A stretch of 64,000 bases of DNA from Eledone cirrhosa (taxonomy: Eukaryota), in NCBI GenBank assembly GCA_964016885.1, contig OZ024741.1, positions 411,432,001 through 411,496,000 on the forward strand, written 5' to 3'. The stretch's first letter is position 1. Each line of letters opens with the position of its first letter. Below are positions 15,201 to 30,379 of this stretch, piece after piece. The notes under the pieces were generated by a model. The model saw only the letters and a list, made by a program, of their open reading frames with translations, made no database searches and was not told the DNA's origin. The position numbers and the translations under genes were made by a program.

Positions 15201-18200
15201 TTGGTTACACAACAAAAAACAACCAGTCTACCCTGTAAGGTCCCCACATTGGTTACACAACAAAAAACAACCAGTCTACCCTGTAAGGTCCACACATTGG
15301 TTACACAACAAAAACCCTCAGTCTACCCTGTAAGATCCTCACATTGGTTACACAACAAAAAACCCTCAGTCTACCCTGTAAGGTCCTCACATTGGTTACA
15401 CAACAAAAAACACCCAGTCTACCCTGTAAGGTCCACACATTGGTTACACAACAAAAAACCCTCAGTCTACCCTGTAAGATCCTCACATTGGTTACACAAC
15501 AAAAAACAACCAGTCTACCCTGTAAGGTCCTCACATTGGTTACACAACAAAAAACCCTCAGTCTACCCTGTAAGGTCCTCACATTGGTTAAACAACAAAA
15601 AACACCCAGTCTACCCTGTAAGGTCCTCACATTGGTTAAACAACAAAAAACACCCAGTCTACCCTGTAAGGTCCTCACATTGGTTAAACAACAAAAAACA
15701 CCCAGTCTACCCTGTAAGGTCCTCACATTGGTTACACAACAAAAAACACCCAGTCTACCCTGTAAGGTCCACACATTGGTTACACAACAAAAAACACCCA
15801 GTCTACCCTGTAAGGTCCTCACATTGGTTAAACAACAAAAAACACCCAGTCTACCCTGTAAGGTCCTCACATTGGTTAAACAACAAGAAACACCCAGTCT
15901 ACCCGGTAAGGTCCACACATTGGTTACACAACAAAAAACACCCAGTCTACCCTGTAAGGTCCTCACATTGGTTACACAACAAAAAACACCCAGTCTACCC
16001 TGTAAGGTCCTCACATTGGTTACACAACAAAAAACACCCAGTCTACTCTGTAAGGTCCTCACATTGGTTACACAACAAAAAACACCCAGTCTACTCTGTA
16101 AGGTCCTCACATTGGTTACACAACAAAAAACACCCAGTCTACTCTGTAAGGTCCTCACATTGGTTACACAACAAAAAACACCCAGTCTACCCTGTAAGGT
16201 CCTCACATTGGTTACACAACAAAAAACACCCAGTCTACCCTGTAAGGTCCTCACATTGGTTACACAACAAAAAACACCCAGTCTACCCTGTAAGGTCCTC
16301 ACATTGGTTACACAACAAAAAACACCCAGTCTACCCTGTAAGGTCCTCACATTGGTTACACAACAAAAAACAACCAGTCTACCCTGTAAGGTCCTCACAT
16401 TGGTTACACAACAAAAAACAACCAGTCTACCCTGTAAGGTCCTCACATTGGTTACACAACAAAAAACACCCAGTCTACCCTGTAAGGTCCTCACATTGGT
16501 TACACAACAAAAAACACCCAGTCTACCCTGTAAGGTCCTCACATTGGTTACACAACAAAAAACAACCAGTCTACCCTGTAAGGTCCTCACATTGGTTACA
16601 CAACAAAAAACCCTCAGTCTACCCTGTAAGGTCCTCACATCGGTTACACAACAAAAAACCCTCAGTCTACCCTGTAAGGTCCACACATTGGTTACACAAC
16701 AAAAAACACCCAGTCTACCCTGTAAGGTCCTCACATTGGTTACACAACAAAAAACACCCAGTCTACCCTGTAAGGTCCTCACATTGGTTACACAACAAAA
16801 AACACCCAGTCTACCCTGTAAGGTCCACACATTGGTTACACAACAAAAAACACCCAGTCTACCCTGTAAGGTCCTCACATTGGTTACAAAACAAAAAACC
16901 CTCAGTCTACCCTGTAAGGTCCTCACATTGGTTAAACAACAAAAAACACCCAGTCTACCCTGTAAGGTCCACACATTGGTTACACAACAAAAAACACCCA
17001 GTCTACCCTGTAAGGTCCTCACATTGGTTACAGAACAAAAAACACCCAGTCTACTCTGTAGGGTCCTCACATTGGTTACAGAACAAAAAACACCCAGTCT
17101 ACTCTGTAAGGTCCTCACATTGGTTACACAACAAGAAACACCAAGTCTACCCTGTAAGGTCCTCACATTGGTTACACAACAAAAAACCCTCAGTCTACCC
17201 TGTAAGATCCTCACATTGGTTACACAACAAAAAACCCTCAGTCTACCCTGTAAGGTCCTCACATTGGTTACACAACAAGAAACACCCAGACTACCCTGTA
17301 AGATCCTCACATTGGTTACACAACAAAAAACACCCAGTCTACCCTGTAAGGTTCTCACATTTGTTACACAACAAAAAACCCTCAGTCTACCCTGTAAGAT
17401 CCTCACATTGGTTACACAACAAAAAACACCCAGTCTAGCCTGTAAGGTCCTCACATTGGTTACAAAACAAAAAACCCTCAGACTACCCTGTAAGGTCCAC
17501 ACATTGGTTACACAACAAAAAAACACCCAGTCTACCCTGTAAGGTCCTCACATTGGTTACACAACAAAAAACCCTCAGTTTACTCTGTAAGGTCCTCACA
17601 TTGGTTACACAACAAAAAACACCCAGTCTACTCTGTAAGGTCCTCACATTGGTTACACACAAAAAACACCCAGTCTACTCTGTAAGGTCCTCACATTGGT
17701 TACACAACAAAAAACCCTCAGTCTACCCTGTAAGGTCCTCACATTGGTTACACAACAAAAAACACCCAGTCTACCCTGTAAGGTCCTCACATTGGTTACA
17801 CAACAAAAAACACCAAGTCTACCCTGTAAGGTCCTCACATTGGTTACACAACAAAAAACACCCAGTCTACCCTGTAAGGTCCTCACATTGGTTACACAAC
17901 AAAAAACACCCAGTCTACCCTGTAAGGTCCTCACATTGGTTACACAACAAAAAACACCCAGTCTACTCTGTAAGGTCCTCACATTGGTTACAGAACAAAA
18001 AAACACCCAGTCTACTCTGTAAGGTCCTCACATTGGTTACACAACAAGAAACACCCAGTCTACTCAGTAAGGTCCTCACATTGGTTACACAACAAAAAAC
18101 CCTCAGTCTACCCTGTAAGATCCTCACATTGGTTACACAACAAAAAACCCTCAGTCTACCCTGTAAGATCCTCACATTGGTTACACAACAAAAAACACCC

Positions 18201-21200
18201 AGTCTACTCTGTAAGATCCTCACATTGGTTACACAACAAAAAACACCCAGACTACCCTGTAAGGTTCTCACATTTGTTACACAACAAAAAACACCCAGTC
18301 TACTCTGTAAGGTCCTCACACTGGTTACACAACAAAAAACACCCAGTCTACCCTGTAAGATCCTCACATTGGTTACACAACAAAAAACCCTCAGTCTACC
18401 CTGTAAGATCCTCACATTGGTTACACAACAAAAAACACCCAGTCTACCCTGTAAGATCCTCACATTGGTTACACAACAAAAAACCCTCAGTCTACCCTGT
18501 AAGATCCTCACATTGGTTACACAACAAAAAACCCTCAGTCTACTCTGTAAGATCCTCACATTGGTTACACAACAAAAAACACCCAGTCTACCCTGTAAGA
18601 TCCTCACATTGGTTACACAACAAAAAACCCTCAGTCTACTCTGTAAGATCCTCACATTGGTTACACAACAAAAAACACCCAGTCTACCCTGTAAGATCCT
18701 CAAATTGGTTACACAACAAAAAACCCTCAGTCTACTCTGTAAGATCCTCACATTGGTTACACAACAAAAAACACCCAGTCTACCCTGTAAGATCCTCACA
18801 TTGGTTACACAACAAAAAACCCTCAGTCTACTCTGTAAGATCCTCACATTGGTTACACAACAAAAAACACCCAGTCTACCCTGTAAGATCCTCACATTTG
18901 TTACACAACAAAAAACACCCAGTCTACCCTGTAAGGTCCTCACATTGGTTACACAACAAAAAACACCCAGTCTACCCTGTAAGATCCTCACATTGGTTAC
19001 ACAACAAAAAACCCTCAGTCTACCCTGTAAGATCCTCACATTGGTTACACAACAAAAAACCCTCAGTCTACTCTGTAAGATCCTCACATTGGTTACACAA
19101 CAAAAAACCCTCAGTCTACTCTGTAAGATCCTCACATTGGTTACACAACAAAAAACACCCAGTCTACCCTGTAAGATCCTCACATTGGTTACACAACAAA
19201 AAACCCTCAGTCTACTCTGTAAGATCCTCACATTGGTTACACAACAAAAAACACCCAGTCTACCCTGTAAGATCCTCACATTGGTTACACAACAAAAAAC
19301 ACCCAGACTACCCTGTAAGGTTCTCACATTGGTTACACAACAAAAAACACCCAGTCTACCCTGTAAGGTCCTCACATTGGTTACACAACAAAAAACACCC
19401 AGTCTACTCTGTAAGGTCCTCACATTGGTTACACAACAAAAAACACCCAGTCTACCCTGTAAGGTCCTCACATTGGTTACACAACAAAAAACACCCAGTC
19501 TACCCTGTAATATCCTCACATTGGTTACACAACAAAAAACCCTCAGGCTACCCTGTAAGATCCTCACATTGGTTACACAACAAAAAACACCCAGTCTACT
19601 CTGTAAGGTCCTCACATTGGTTACACAACAAAAAACACCCAGTCTACCCTGTAAGATCCTCACATTGGTTACACAACAAAAAACACCCAGTCTACCCTGT
19701 AAGATCCTCACATTGGTTACACAACAAAAAACACTCAGTCTACCCTGTAAGGTTCTCACATTTGTTACACAACAAAAAACACCCAGTCTACCCTGTAAGG
19801 TCCTCACATTGGTTACACAAAAAAAACACCCAGTCTACTCTGTAAGGTCCTCACATTGGTTACACAACAAAAAACACCCAGTCTACTCTGTAAGGTCCTC
19901 ACATTGGTTACACAACAAAAAACACCCAGTCTACCCTGTAAGGTCCTCACATTGGTTACACAACAAAAAACACCCAGTCTACCCTGTAAGGTCCTCACAT
20001 TGGTTACACAACAAAAAACACCCAGTCTACCCTGTAAGGTCCTCACATTGGTTACACAACAAAAAACACCAAGTCTACCCTGTAAGGTCCTCACATTGGT
20101 TACACAACAAAAAACACCCAGTCTACTCTGTAAGGTCCTCACATTGGTTACACAACAAAAAACACCCAGTCTACTCTGTAAGGTCCTCACATTGGTTACA
20201 CAACAAAAAACACCCAGTCTACTCTGTAAGGTCCTCACATTGGTTACACAACAAAAAACACCCAGTCTACCCTGTAAGGTCCTCACATTGGTTACACAAC
20301 AAAAAACACCCAGTCTACCCTGTAAGGTCCTCACATTGATTACACAACAAAAAACACCCAGTCTACCCTGTAAGGACCTCACTTTGGTTACACAACAAAA
20401 AACACCCAGTCTACCCTGTAAGGTCCTCACATTGGTTAAACAACAAAAAACACCCAGTCTACCCTGTAAGGTCCTCACATTGGTTACACAACAAAAAACA
20501 CCCAGTCTACCCTGTAAGGTCCTCACATTGATTACACAACAAAAAACACCCAGTCTACCCTGTAAGGACCTCACTTTGGTTTCACAACAAAAAACACCCA
20601 GTCTACCCTGTAAGGTCCTCACATTGGTTACACAACAAAAAACACCCAGTCTACCCTGTAAGGTCCTCACATTGGTTACACAACAAAAAACACCCAGTCT
20701 ACCCTGTAAGGTCCTCACATTGGTTACACAACAAAAAACCCTCAGTCTACCCTGTAAGGTCCTCACATTGGTTAAACAACAAAAAACACCCAGTCTACCC
20801 TGTAAGGTCCACACATTGGTTACACAACAAAAAACACCCAGTCTACCCTGTAAGGTCCTCACATTGGTTACACAACAAAAAACACCCAGTCTACTCTGTA
20901 AGGTCCTCACATTGGTTACACAACAAAAAACACCCAGTCTACTCTGTAAGGTCCTCACATTGGTTACACAACAAAAAACACCCAGTCTACCCTGTAAGGT
21001 CCTCACATTGGTTACACAACAAAAAACACCCAGTCTACCCTGTAAGGTCCTCACATTGGTTACACAACAAAAAACACCCAGTCTACTCTGTAAGGTCCTC
21101 ACATTGGTTACACAACAAAAAACACCCAGTCTACTCTGTAAGGTCCTCACATTGGTTACAGAACAAAAAACACCCAGTCTACTCTGTAAGGTCCTCACAT

Positions 21201-24200
21201 TGGTTACACAACAAAAAACCCTCAGTCTACCCTGTAAGGTCCACACATTGGTTACACAACAAAAAACCCTCAGTCTACCCTGTAAGGTCCTCACATTGGT
21301 TACACAACAAAAAACCCTCAGTCTACCCTGTAAGGTCCTCACATTGGTTACACAACAAAAAACACCCAGTCTACCCTGTAAGATCCTCACATTGGTTACA
21401 CAACAAAAAACACCCAGTCTACTCTGTAAGGTCCTCACATTGGTTACAGAACAAAAAACACCCAGTCTACTCTGTAAGGTCCTCACATTGGTTACACAAC
21501 AAAAAACCATCAGTCTACCCTGTAAGATCCTCACATTGGTTACACAACAAAAAACACCCAGTCTACTCTGTAAGGTCCTCACATTGGTTACACAACAAAA
21601 AACACCCAGTCTACCCTGTAAGATCCTCACATTGGTTACACAACAAAAAACACCCAGACTACCCTGTAAGGTTCTCACATTTGTTACACAACAAAAAACA
21701 CCCAGTCTACCCTGTAAGGTCCTCACATTGGTTACACAACAAAAAACACCCAGTCTACCCTGTAAGGTTCTCACATTTGTTACACAACAAAAAACACCCA
21801 GTCTACCCTGTAAGGTCCTCACATTGGTTACGCAACAAAAAACCCTCAGTCTACCCTGTAAGGTCCTCACATTGGTTACGCAACAAAAAACCCTCAGTCT
21901 ACCCTGTAAGATCCTCACATTGGTTACACAACAAAAAACACCCAGACTACCCTGTAAGGTCCTCACATTTGTTACACAACAAAAAACACCCAGTCTACCC
22001 TGTAAGGTCCTCACATTTGTTACACAACAAAAAACACCCAGACTACCCTGTAAGGTCCTCACATTTGTTACACAACAAAAAACACCCAGTCTACCCTGTA
22101 AGGTCCTCACATTGGTTACAAAAAAAAACCCCTCAGTCTACCCTGTAAGGTCCTCACATTGGTTAAACAACAAAAAACACCCAGTGTACCCTGTAAGGTC
22201 CACACATTGGTTACACAGCAAAAAACACCCAGTCTACCTTGTAAGGTCCTCACATTGGTTACACAACAAAAAACCCTCAGTTTACTCTGTAAGGTCCTCA
22301 CATTGGTTACACAACAAAAAACACCCAGTCTACTCTGTAAGGTCCTCACATTGGTTACACAACAAAAAACACCCAGTCTACCTTGTAAGGTCCTCACATT
22401 GGTTACACAACAAAAAACCCTCACTTTACTCTGTAAGGTCCTCACATTGGTTACACAACAAAAAACACCCAGACTACCCTGTAAGGTCCTCACATTTGTT
22501 ACACAACAAAAAACACCCAGTCTACCCTGTAAGGTCCTCACATTGGTTACAAAACAAAAAACCCTCAGTTTACTCTGTAAGGTCCTCACATTGGTTACAC
22601 AACAAAAAACACCCAGTCTACCCTGTAAGGTCCTCACATTGGTTACACAACAAAAACCCTCAGTCTACTCTGTAAGGTCCTCACATTGGTTACAGAACAA
22701 AAAACACCCAGTCTACTCTGTAAGGTCCTCACATTGGTTACACAACAAGAAACACCCAGTCTACTCTGTAAGGTCCTCACATTGGTTACACAACAAAAAA
22801 CCCTCAGTTTACTCTGTAAGGTCCTCACATTGGTTACACAACAAAAAACCCTCAGTCTACCCTGTAAGGTCCTCACATTGGTTACACAACAAAAAACACC
22901 CAGTCTACCCTGTAAGGTCCTCACATTGGTTACACAACGAAAAACACCCAGTCTACCCTGTAAGGTCCTCACATTGGTTACACAATAAAAAACACCCAGT
23001 CTACCCTGTAAGGTCCTCACATTGGTTACACAACAAAAAACACCCAGTCTACCCTGTAAGGTCCTCACATTGGTTACACAACAAAAAACCCTCAGTCTAC
23101 CCTGTAAGGTCCTCACATTGGTTACACAACAAAAAACACCCAGTCTACCCTGTAAGGTCCTCACATTGGTTACACAACAAAAAACACCCAGTCTACCCTG
23201 TAAGGTCCTCACATTGGTTACACAACAAAAAACCCTCAGTCTACCCTGTAAGGTCCTCACATTGGTTACACAACAAAAAACCCTCAGTCTACCCTGTAAG
23301 GTCCTCACACTGGTTACACAACAAAAAACCCTCAGTCTACCCTTGAAGGTCCTCACACTGGTTACACAACAAAAAACACCCAGTCTACCCTGTAAGGTCC
23401 TCACATTGGTTACACAACAAAAAACCCTCAGTCTACCCTGTAAGGTCCTCACATTGGCTACACAACAAAAAAACACCCAGTCTACCCTGTAAGGTCCTCA
23501 CATTGGTTACACAACAAAAAACCCTCAGTCTACCCTGTAAGGTCATCACATTGGTTACACAACAAAAAACCCTCAGTCTACCCTGTAAGGTCCTCACATT
23601 GGTTACACAACAAAAAACCCTCAGTCTACCCTGTAAGGTCCTCACATTGGTTACACAACAAAAAACCCTCAGTCTACCCTGTAAGGTCCTCACATTGGTT
23701 ACACAACAAAAAACACCCAGTCTACCCTGTAAGGTCCTCACACTGGTTACACAACAAAAAACACCCAGTCTACCCTGTAAGGTCCTCACATTGGTTACAC
23801 AACAAAAAACAACCAGTCTACCCTGTAAGGTCCTCACATTGGTTACACAACAAAAAACCCTCAGTCTACCCTGTAAGGTCCTCACACTGGTTACACAACA
23901 AAAAACACCCAGTCTACCCTGTAAGGTCCTCACATTGGTTACACAACAAAAAACAACCAGTCTACCCTGTAAGGTCCCCACATTGGTTACACAACAAAAA
24001 ACAACCAGTCTACCCTGTAAGGTCCTCACATTGGTTACACAACAAAAAACACCCAGTCTACCCTGTAAGGTCCCCACATTGGTTACACAACAAAAAACAA
24101 CCAGTCTACCCTGTAAGGTCCCCACATTGGTTACACAACAAAAAACAACCAGTCTACCCTGTAAGGTCCTCACATTGGTTACACAACAAAAAACACCCAG

Positions 24201-27200
24201 TCTACCCTGTAAGGTCCCCACATTGGTTACACAACAAAAAACAACCAGTCTACCCTGTAAGGTCCTCACATTGGTTACACAACAAAAAACACCCAGTCTA
24301 CCCTGTAAGGTCCCCACATTGGTTACACAACAAAAAACAACCAGTCTACCCTGTAAGGTCCTCACATTGGTTACACAACAAAAAACACCCAGTCTACCCT
24401 GTAAGGTCCCCACATTGGTTACACAACAAAAAACAACCAGTCTACCCTGTAAGGTCCTCACATTGGTTACACAACAAAAAACACCCAGTCTACCCTGTAA
24501 GGTCCCCACATTGGTTACACAACAAAAAACAACCAGTCTACCCTGTAAGGTCCCCACATTGGTTACACAACAAAAAACAACCAGTCTACCCTGTAAGGTC
24601 CTCACATTGGTTACACAACAAAAAACAACCAGTCTACCCTGTAAGGTCCTCACATTGGTTACACAACAAAAAACCCTCAGTCTACCCTGTAAGGTCCTCA
24701 CATTGGTTACACAACAAAAAACACCCAGTCTACCCTGTAAGGTCCCCACATTGGTTACACAACAAAAAACAACCAGTCTACCCTGTAAGGTCCCCACATT
24801 GGTTACACAACAAAAAACAACCAGTCTACTCTGTAAGGTCCTCACATTGGTTACACAACAAAAAACCCTCAGTTTACTCTGTAAGGTCCTCACATTGGTT
24901 ACACAACAAAAAACACCCAGTCTACCCTGTAAGGTCCTCACATTGGTTACACAACAAAAAACCCTCAGTCTACCCTGTAGGGTCCCCACATTGGTTACAC
25001 AACAAAAAACACCCAGTCTACCCTGTAAGGTCCTCACATTGGTTACACAACAAAAAACACCCAGTCTACCCTGTAAGGTCGTCACATTGGTTACACAACA
25101 AAAAACCCTCAGTCTACCCTGTAAGGTCCCCACATTGGTTACACAACAAAAAACAACCAGTCTACCCTGTAAGGTCCCCACATTGGTTACACAACAAAAA
25201 ACAACCAGTCTACTCTGTAAGGTCCTCACATTGGTTACACAACAAAAAACCCTCAGTTTACTCTGTAAGGTCCTCACATTGGTTACACAACAAAAAACAC
25301 CCAGTCTACCCTGTAAGGTCCTCACATTGGTTACACAACAAAAAACCCTCAGTCTACCCTGTAAGGTCCTCACATTGGTTACACAACAAAAAACAACCAG
25401 TCTACCCTGTAAGGTCCTCACATTGGTTACACAACAAGAAACACCCAGTCTACCCTGTAAGATCCTCACATTGGTTACACAACAAAAAACACCCAGTCTA
25501 CTCTGTAAGGTCCTCACATTGGTTACACAACAAGAAACACCCAGTCTACCCTGTAAGATCCTCACATTGGCTACACAACAAGAAACACCCAGTCTACTCT
25601 GTAAGGTCCTCACATTGGTTACACAACAAAAAACCCTCAGTCTACCCTGTAAGGTCCTCACATTGGTTACACAACAAAAAACACCCAGTCTACCCTGTAA
25701 GATCCTCACATTGGTTACACAACAAAAAACCCTCAGTCTACCCTGTAAGGTCCTCACATTGGTTACACAACAAAAAACAACCAGTCTACCCTGTAAGGTC
25801 CTCACATTGGTTACACAACAAAAAACAACCAGTCTACCCTGTAAGGTCCTCACATTGGTTACACAACAAAAAACACCCAGTCTACCCTGTAAGGTCCTCA
25901 CATTGGTTACACAACAAAAAACACCCAGTCTACCCTGTAAGGTCCTCACATTGGTTACACAACAAAAAACAACCAGTCTACCCTGTAAGGTCCTCACATT
26001 GGTTACACAACAAAAAACCCTCAGTCTACCCTGTAAGGTCCTCACATCGGTTACACAACAAAAAACCCTCAGTCTACCCTGTAAGGTCCACACATTGGTT
26101 ACACAACAAAAAACACCCAGTCTACCCTGTAAGGTCCTCACATTGGTTACACAACAAAAAACCCTCAGTCTACCCTGTAAGGTCCTCACATTGGTTACAC
26201 AACAAAAAACCCTTAGTCTACCCTGTAAGGTCCTCACATTGGTTACACAACAAAAAACACCCAGTCTACCCTGTAAGGTCCTCACATTGGTTACACAACA
26301 AAAAACCCTCAGTCTACCCTGTAAGGTCCTCACATTGGTTACACAATAAAAAACACCCAGTCTACCCTGTAAGGTCCTCAGATTGGTTACACAACAAAAA
26401 ACACCCAGTCTACCCTGTAAGGTCCTCACATTGGTTACACAACAAAAAACCCTCAGTCTACCCTGTAAGGTCCTCACATTGGTTACACAACAAAAAACAC
26501 CCAGTCTACCCTGTAAGGTCCTCACATTGGTTACACAACAAAAAACACCCAGTCTACCCTGTAAGGTCCTCACATTGGTTACACAACAAAAAACCCTCAG
26601 TCTACCCTGTAAGGTCCTCACATTGGTTACACAACAAAAAACCCTCAGTCTTCCCTGTAAGGTCCTCACATTGGTTACACAACAAAAAACCCTCAGTCTA
26701 CCCTTGAAGGTCCTCACACTGGTTACACAACAAAAAACACCCAGTTTACCCTGTAAGGTCCTCACATTGGTTACACAACAAAAAACCCTCAGTCTACCCT
26801 GTAAGGTCCTCACATTGGTTACACAACAAAAAACACCCAGTCTACCCTGTAAGGTCCTCACATTGGCTACACAACAAAAAAACACCCAGTCTACCCTGTA
26901 AGGTCCTCACATTGGTTACACAACAAAAAACCCTCAGTCTACCCTGTAAGGTCCTCACATTGGTTACACAACAAAAAACCCTCAGTCTACCCTGTAAGGT
27001 CCTCACATTGGTTACACAACAAAAAACCCTCAGTCTACCCTGTAAGGTCCTCACATTGGTTACACAACAAAAAACCCTCAGTCTACCCTGTAAGGTCCTC
27101 ACATTGGTTACACAACAAAAAACCCTCAGTCTACCCTGTAAGGTCCTCACACTGGTTACACAACAAAAAACACCCAGTCTACCCTGTAAGGTCCTCACAT

Positions 27201-30120
27201 TGGTTACACAACAAAAAACAACCAGTCTACCCTGTAAGGTCCTCACATTGGTTACACAACAAAAAACAACCAGTCTACCCTGTAAGGTCCTCACATTGGT
27301 TACACAACAAAAAACAACCAGTCTACCCTGTAAGGTCCTCACACTGGTTACACAACAAAAAACACCCAGTCTACCCTGTAAGGTCATCACATTGGTTACA
27401 CAACAAAAAACCCTCAGTCTACTCTGTAAGGTCCTCACATTGGTTACACAACAAAAAACCCTCAGTCTACCCTGTAAGGTCCTCACACTGGTTACACAAC
27501 AAAAAACACCCAGTCTACCCTGTAAGGTCATCACATTGGTTACACAACAAAAAACCCTCAGTCTACTCTGTAAGGTCCTCACATTGGTTACACAACAAAA
27601 AACAACCAGTCTACCCTGTAAGGTCCTCACACTGGTTACACAACAAAAAACACCCAGTCTACCCTGTAAGGTCCTCACATTGGTTACACAACAAAAAACA
27701 ACCAGTCTACCCTGTAAGGTCCTCACATTGGTTACACAACAAAAAACAACCAGTCTACCCTGTAAGGTCCTCACATTGGTTACACAACAAAAAACCCTCA
27801 GTCTACCCTGTAAGGTCCTCACATTGGTTACACAACAAAAAACAACCAGTCTACCCTGTAAGGTCCTCACATTGGTTACACAACAAAAAACACCCAGTCT
27901 ACCCTGTAAGATCCTCACATTGGTTACACAACAAAAAACCCTCAGTCTACCCTGTAAGGTCCTCACATTGGTTACACAACAAAAAACAACCAGTCTACCC
28001 TGTAAGGTCCTCACATTGGTTACACAACAAAAAACACCCAGTCTACCCTGTAAGATCCTCACATTGGTTACACAACAAAAAACCCTCAGTCTACCCTGTA
28101 AGGTCCTCACATTGGTTACACAACAAAAAACCCTCAGTCTACCCTGTAAGGTCCTCACATTGGTTACACAATAAAAAACACCCAGTCTACCCTGTAAGGT
28201 CTTCACATTGGTTACACAACAAAAAACCCTCAGTCTACCCTGTAAGGTCCTCACATTGGTTACACAACAAAAAACCCTCAGTCTACCCTGTAAGGTCCAC
28301 ACATTGGTTACACAACAAAAAACACCCAGTCTACCCTGTAAGGTCCTCACATTGGTTACACAACAAAAAACCCTCAGTCTACCCTGTAAGGTCCTCACAT
28401 TGGTTACACAACAAAAAACCCTCAGTCTACCCTGTAAGGTCCACACATTGGTTACACAACAAAAAACACCCAGTCTACCCTGTAAGGTCCTCACATTGGT
28501 TACACAACAAAAAACCCTCAGTCTACCCTGTAAGGTCCACACATTGGTTACACAACAAAAAACACCCAGTCTACCCTGTAAGGTCCTCACATTGGTTACA
28601 CAACAAAAAACCCTCAGTCTACCCTGTAAGGTCCTCACATTGGTTACACAACAAAAAACCCTCAGTTTACCCTGTAAGGTCCACACATTGGTTACACAAC
28701 AAAAAACACCCAGTCTACCCTGTAAGGTCCTCACATTGGTTACACAACAAAAAACACCCAGTCTACCCTGTAAGGTCCACACATTGGTTACACAACAAAA
28801 AACCCTCAGTCTACCCTGTAAGGTCCTCACATTGGTTACACAACAAAAAACCCTCAGTCTACCCTGTAAGGTCCTCACATTGGTTACACAACAAAAAACA
28901 CCCAGTCTACCCTGTAAGGTCCTCACATTGGTTACACAACAAAAAACACCCAGTCTACCCTGTAAGGTCCTCACATTGGTTACACAACAAAAAACACCCA
29001 GTCTACCCTGTAAGGTCCTCACATTGGTTACACAACAAAAACACCCAGTCTACCCTGTAAGGTCCACACATTGGTTACGCAACAAAAAACCCTCAGTCTA
29101 CCCTGTAAGGTCCTCACATTGGTTACACAACAAAAAACCCTCAGTCTACCCTGTAAGGTCCACACATTGGTTACACAACAAAAAACCCTCAGTCTACCCT
29201 GTAAGGTCCACACATTGGTTACACAACAAAAAACACCCAGTCTACCCTGTAAGGTCCTCACATTGGTTACACAACAAAAAACACCCAGTCTACCCTGTAA
29301 GGTCCTCACATTGGTTACACAACAAAAAACACCCAGTCTACCCTGTAAGGTCCTCAAATTGGTTACACAACAAAAAACACCCAGTCTATCCTGTAAGGTC
29401 CTCACATTGGTTACACAACAAAAAACCCTCAGTCTACCCTGTAAGGTCCACACATTGGTTACACAACAAAAAACACCCAGTCTACCCTGTAAGGTCCTCA
29501 CATTGGTTACACAACAAAAAACACCCAGTCTACCCTGTAAGGTCCTCACATTGGTTACACAACAAAAAACACCCAGTCTACCCTGTAAGGTCCTCACATT
29601 GGTTACACAACAAAAAACACCCAGTCTACCCTGTAAGGTCCTCACATTGGTTACACAACAAAAAACACCCAGTCTACCCTTGAAGGTCCTCACATTGGTT
29701 ACACAACAAAAAACCCTCAGTCTACCCTGTAAGGTCCACACATTGGTTACACAACAAAAAACACCCAGTCTACCCTGTAAGGTCCTCACATTGGTTACAC
29801 AACAAAAAACACCCAGTCTACCCTGTAAGGTCCTCACATTGGTTACACAACAAAAAACACCCAGTCTACCCTGTAAGGTCCTCACATTGGTTACACAACA
29901 AAAAACTCTCAGTCTACCCTGTAAGGTCCTCACATTGGTTACACAACAAAAAACACCCAGTCTACCCTGTAAGGTCCTCACATTGGTTACACAACAAAGA
30001 ACCCTCAGTCTACCCTGTAAGGTCCACACATTGGTTACACAACAAAAAACACCCAGTCTACCCTGTAAGGTCCTCACATTGGTTACACAACAAAAAACAC
30101 CTTCCCCACCCTGTAATGTG
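262..30120 (+). repeat. 48-bp tandem satellite, about 620 copies, intronic
   Basis: Consensus CACATTGGTTACACAACAAAAAACACCCAGTCTACCCTGTAAGGTCCT repeated head to tail. Three degenerate units at about 262-420 (CTGTAA at 281, 329, 378, then 426). Monomers differ by a few recurrent substitutions and by A-run length. Confidence 0.99.
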
Positions 30121-30163
30121 GTCATGGCTTACCCCTGGTCAGGACATCAGTCTATCAGAGGGT

Positions 30164-30379
30164 TTAATCCTTTAGCATTTACACCGGTCATATCCGGCCA
30201 GAATTCTCTCACCTCTTTCTGTTCAAATCAGCCGTAACTGGCTACTCATACTTATGTTATGGTATTGTCCTCAAAATAAATGATACCAAAATCTCATAGA
30301 TTCGATATTATGTTAAATAAAGTCTTTACCATGAAAATATAATAGTAAATATAAAGTAATGTAAATACTAAAGGGTTAA
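30164..30379. mobile_element. TTAA-flanked MITE (piggyBac-like non-autonomous element)
   Basis: TTAA-TCCTTTAGCATTTA ... TAAATACTAAAGGG-TTAA: imperfect ~14-bp terminal inverted repeats, TTAA on both sides, AT-rich non-coding interior. Confidence 0.75.

Noticed and set aside
262-30120. CRISPR-like array
   Set aside because: No unique spacers, contiguous monomers, no cas genes, eukaryotic context. The same applies to the 20-, 37- and 49-bp arrays.
446-30237. Very long ORFs (up to 1228 aa) of VTQQKTPSLPCKVLTL, HWLHNKKHPVYPVRSS and CCVTNVRTLQGRLGVF repeats
   Set aside because: A 48-bp unit is a multiple of three and happens to be stop-free in three frames on both strands. A-run indels switch frames freely, variants show no synonymous bias, and the array lies in an intron.
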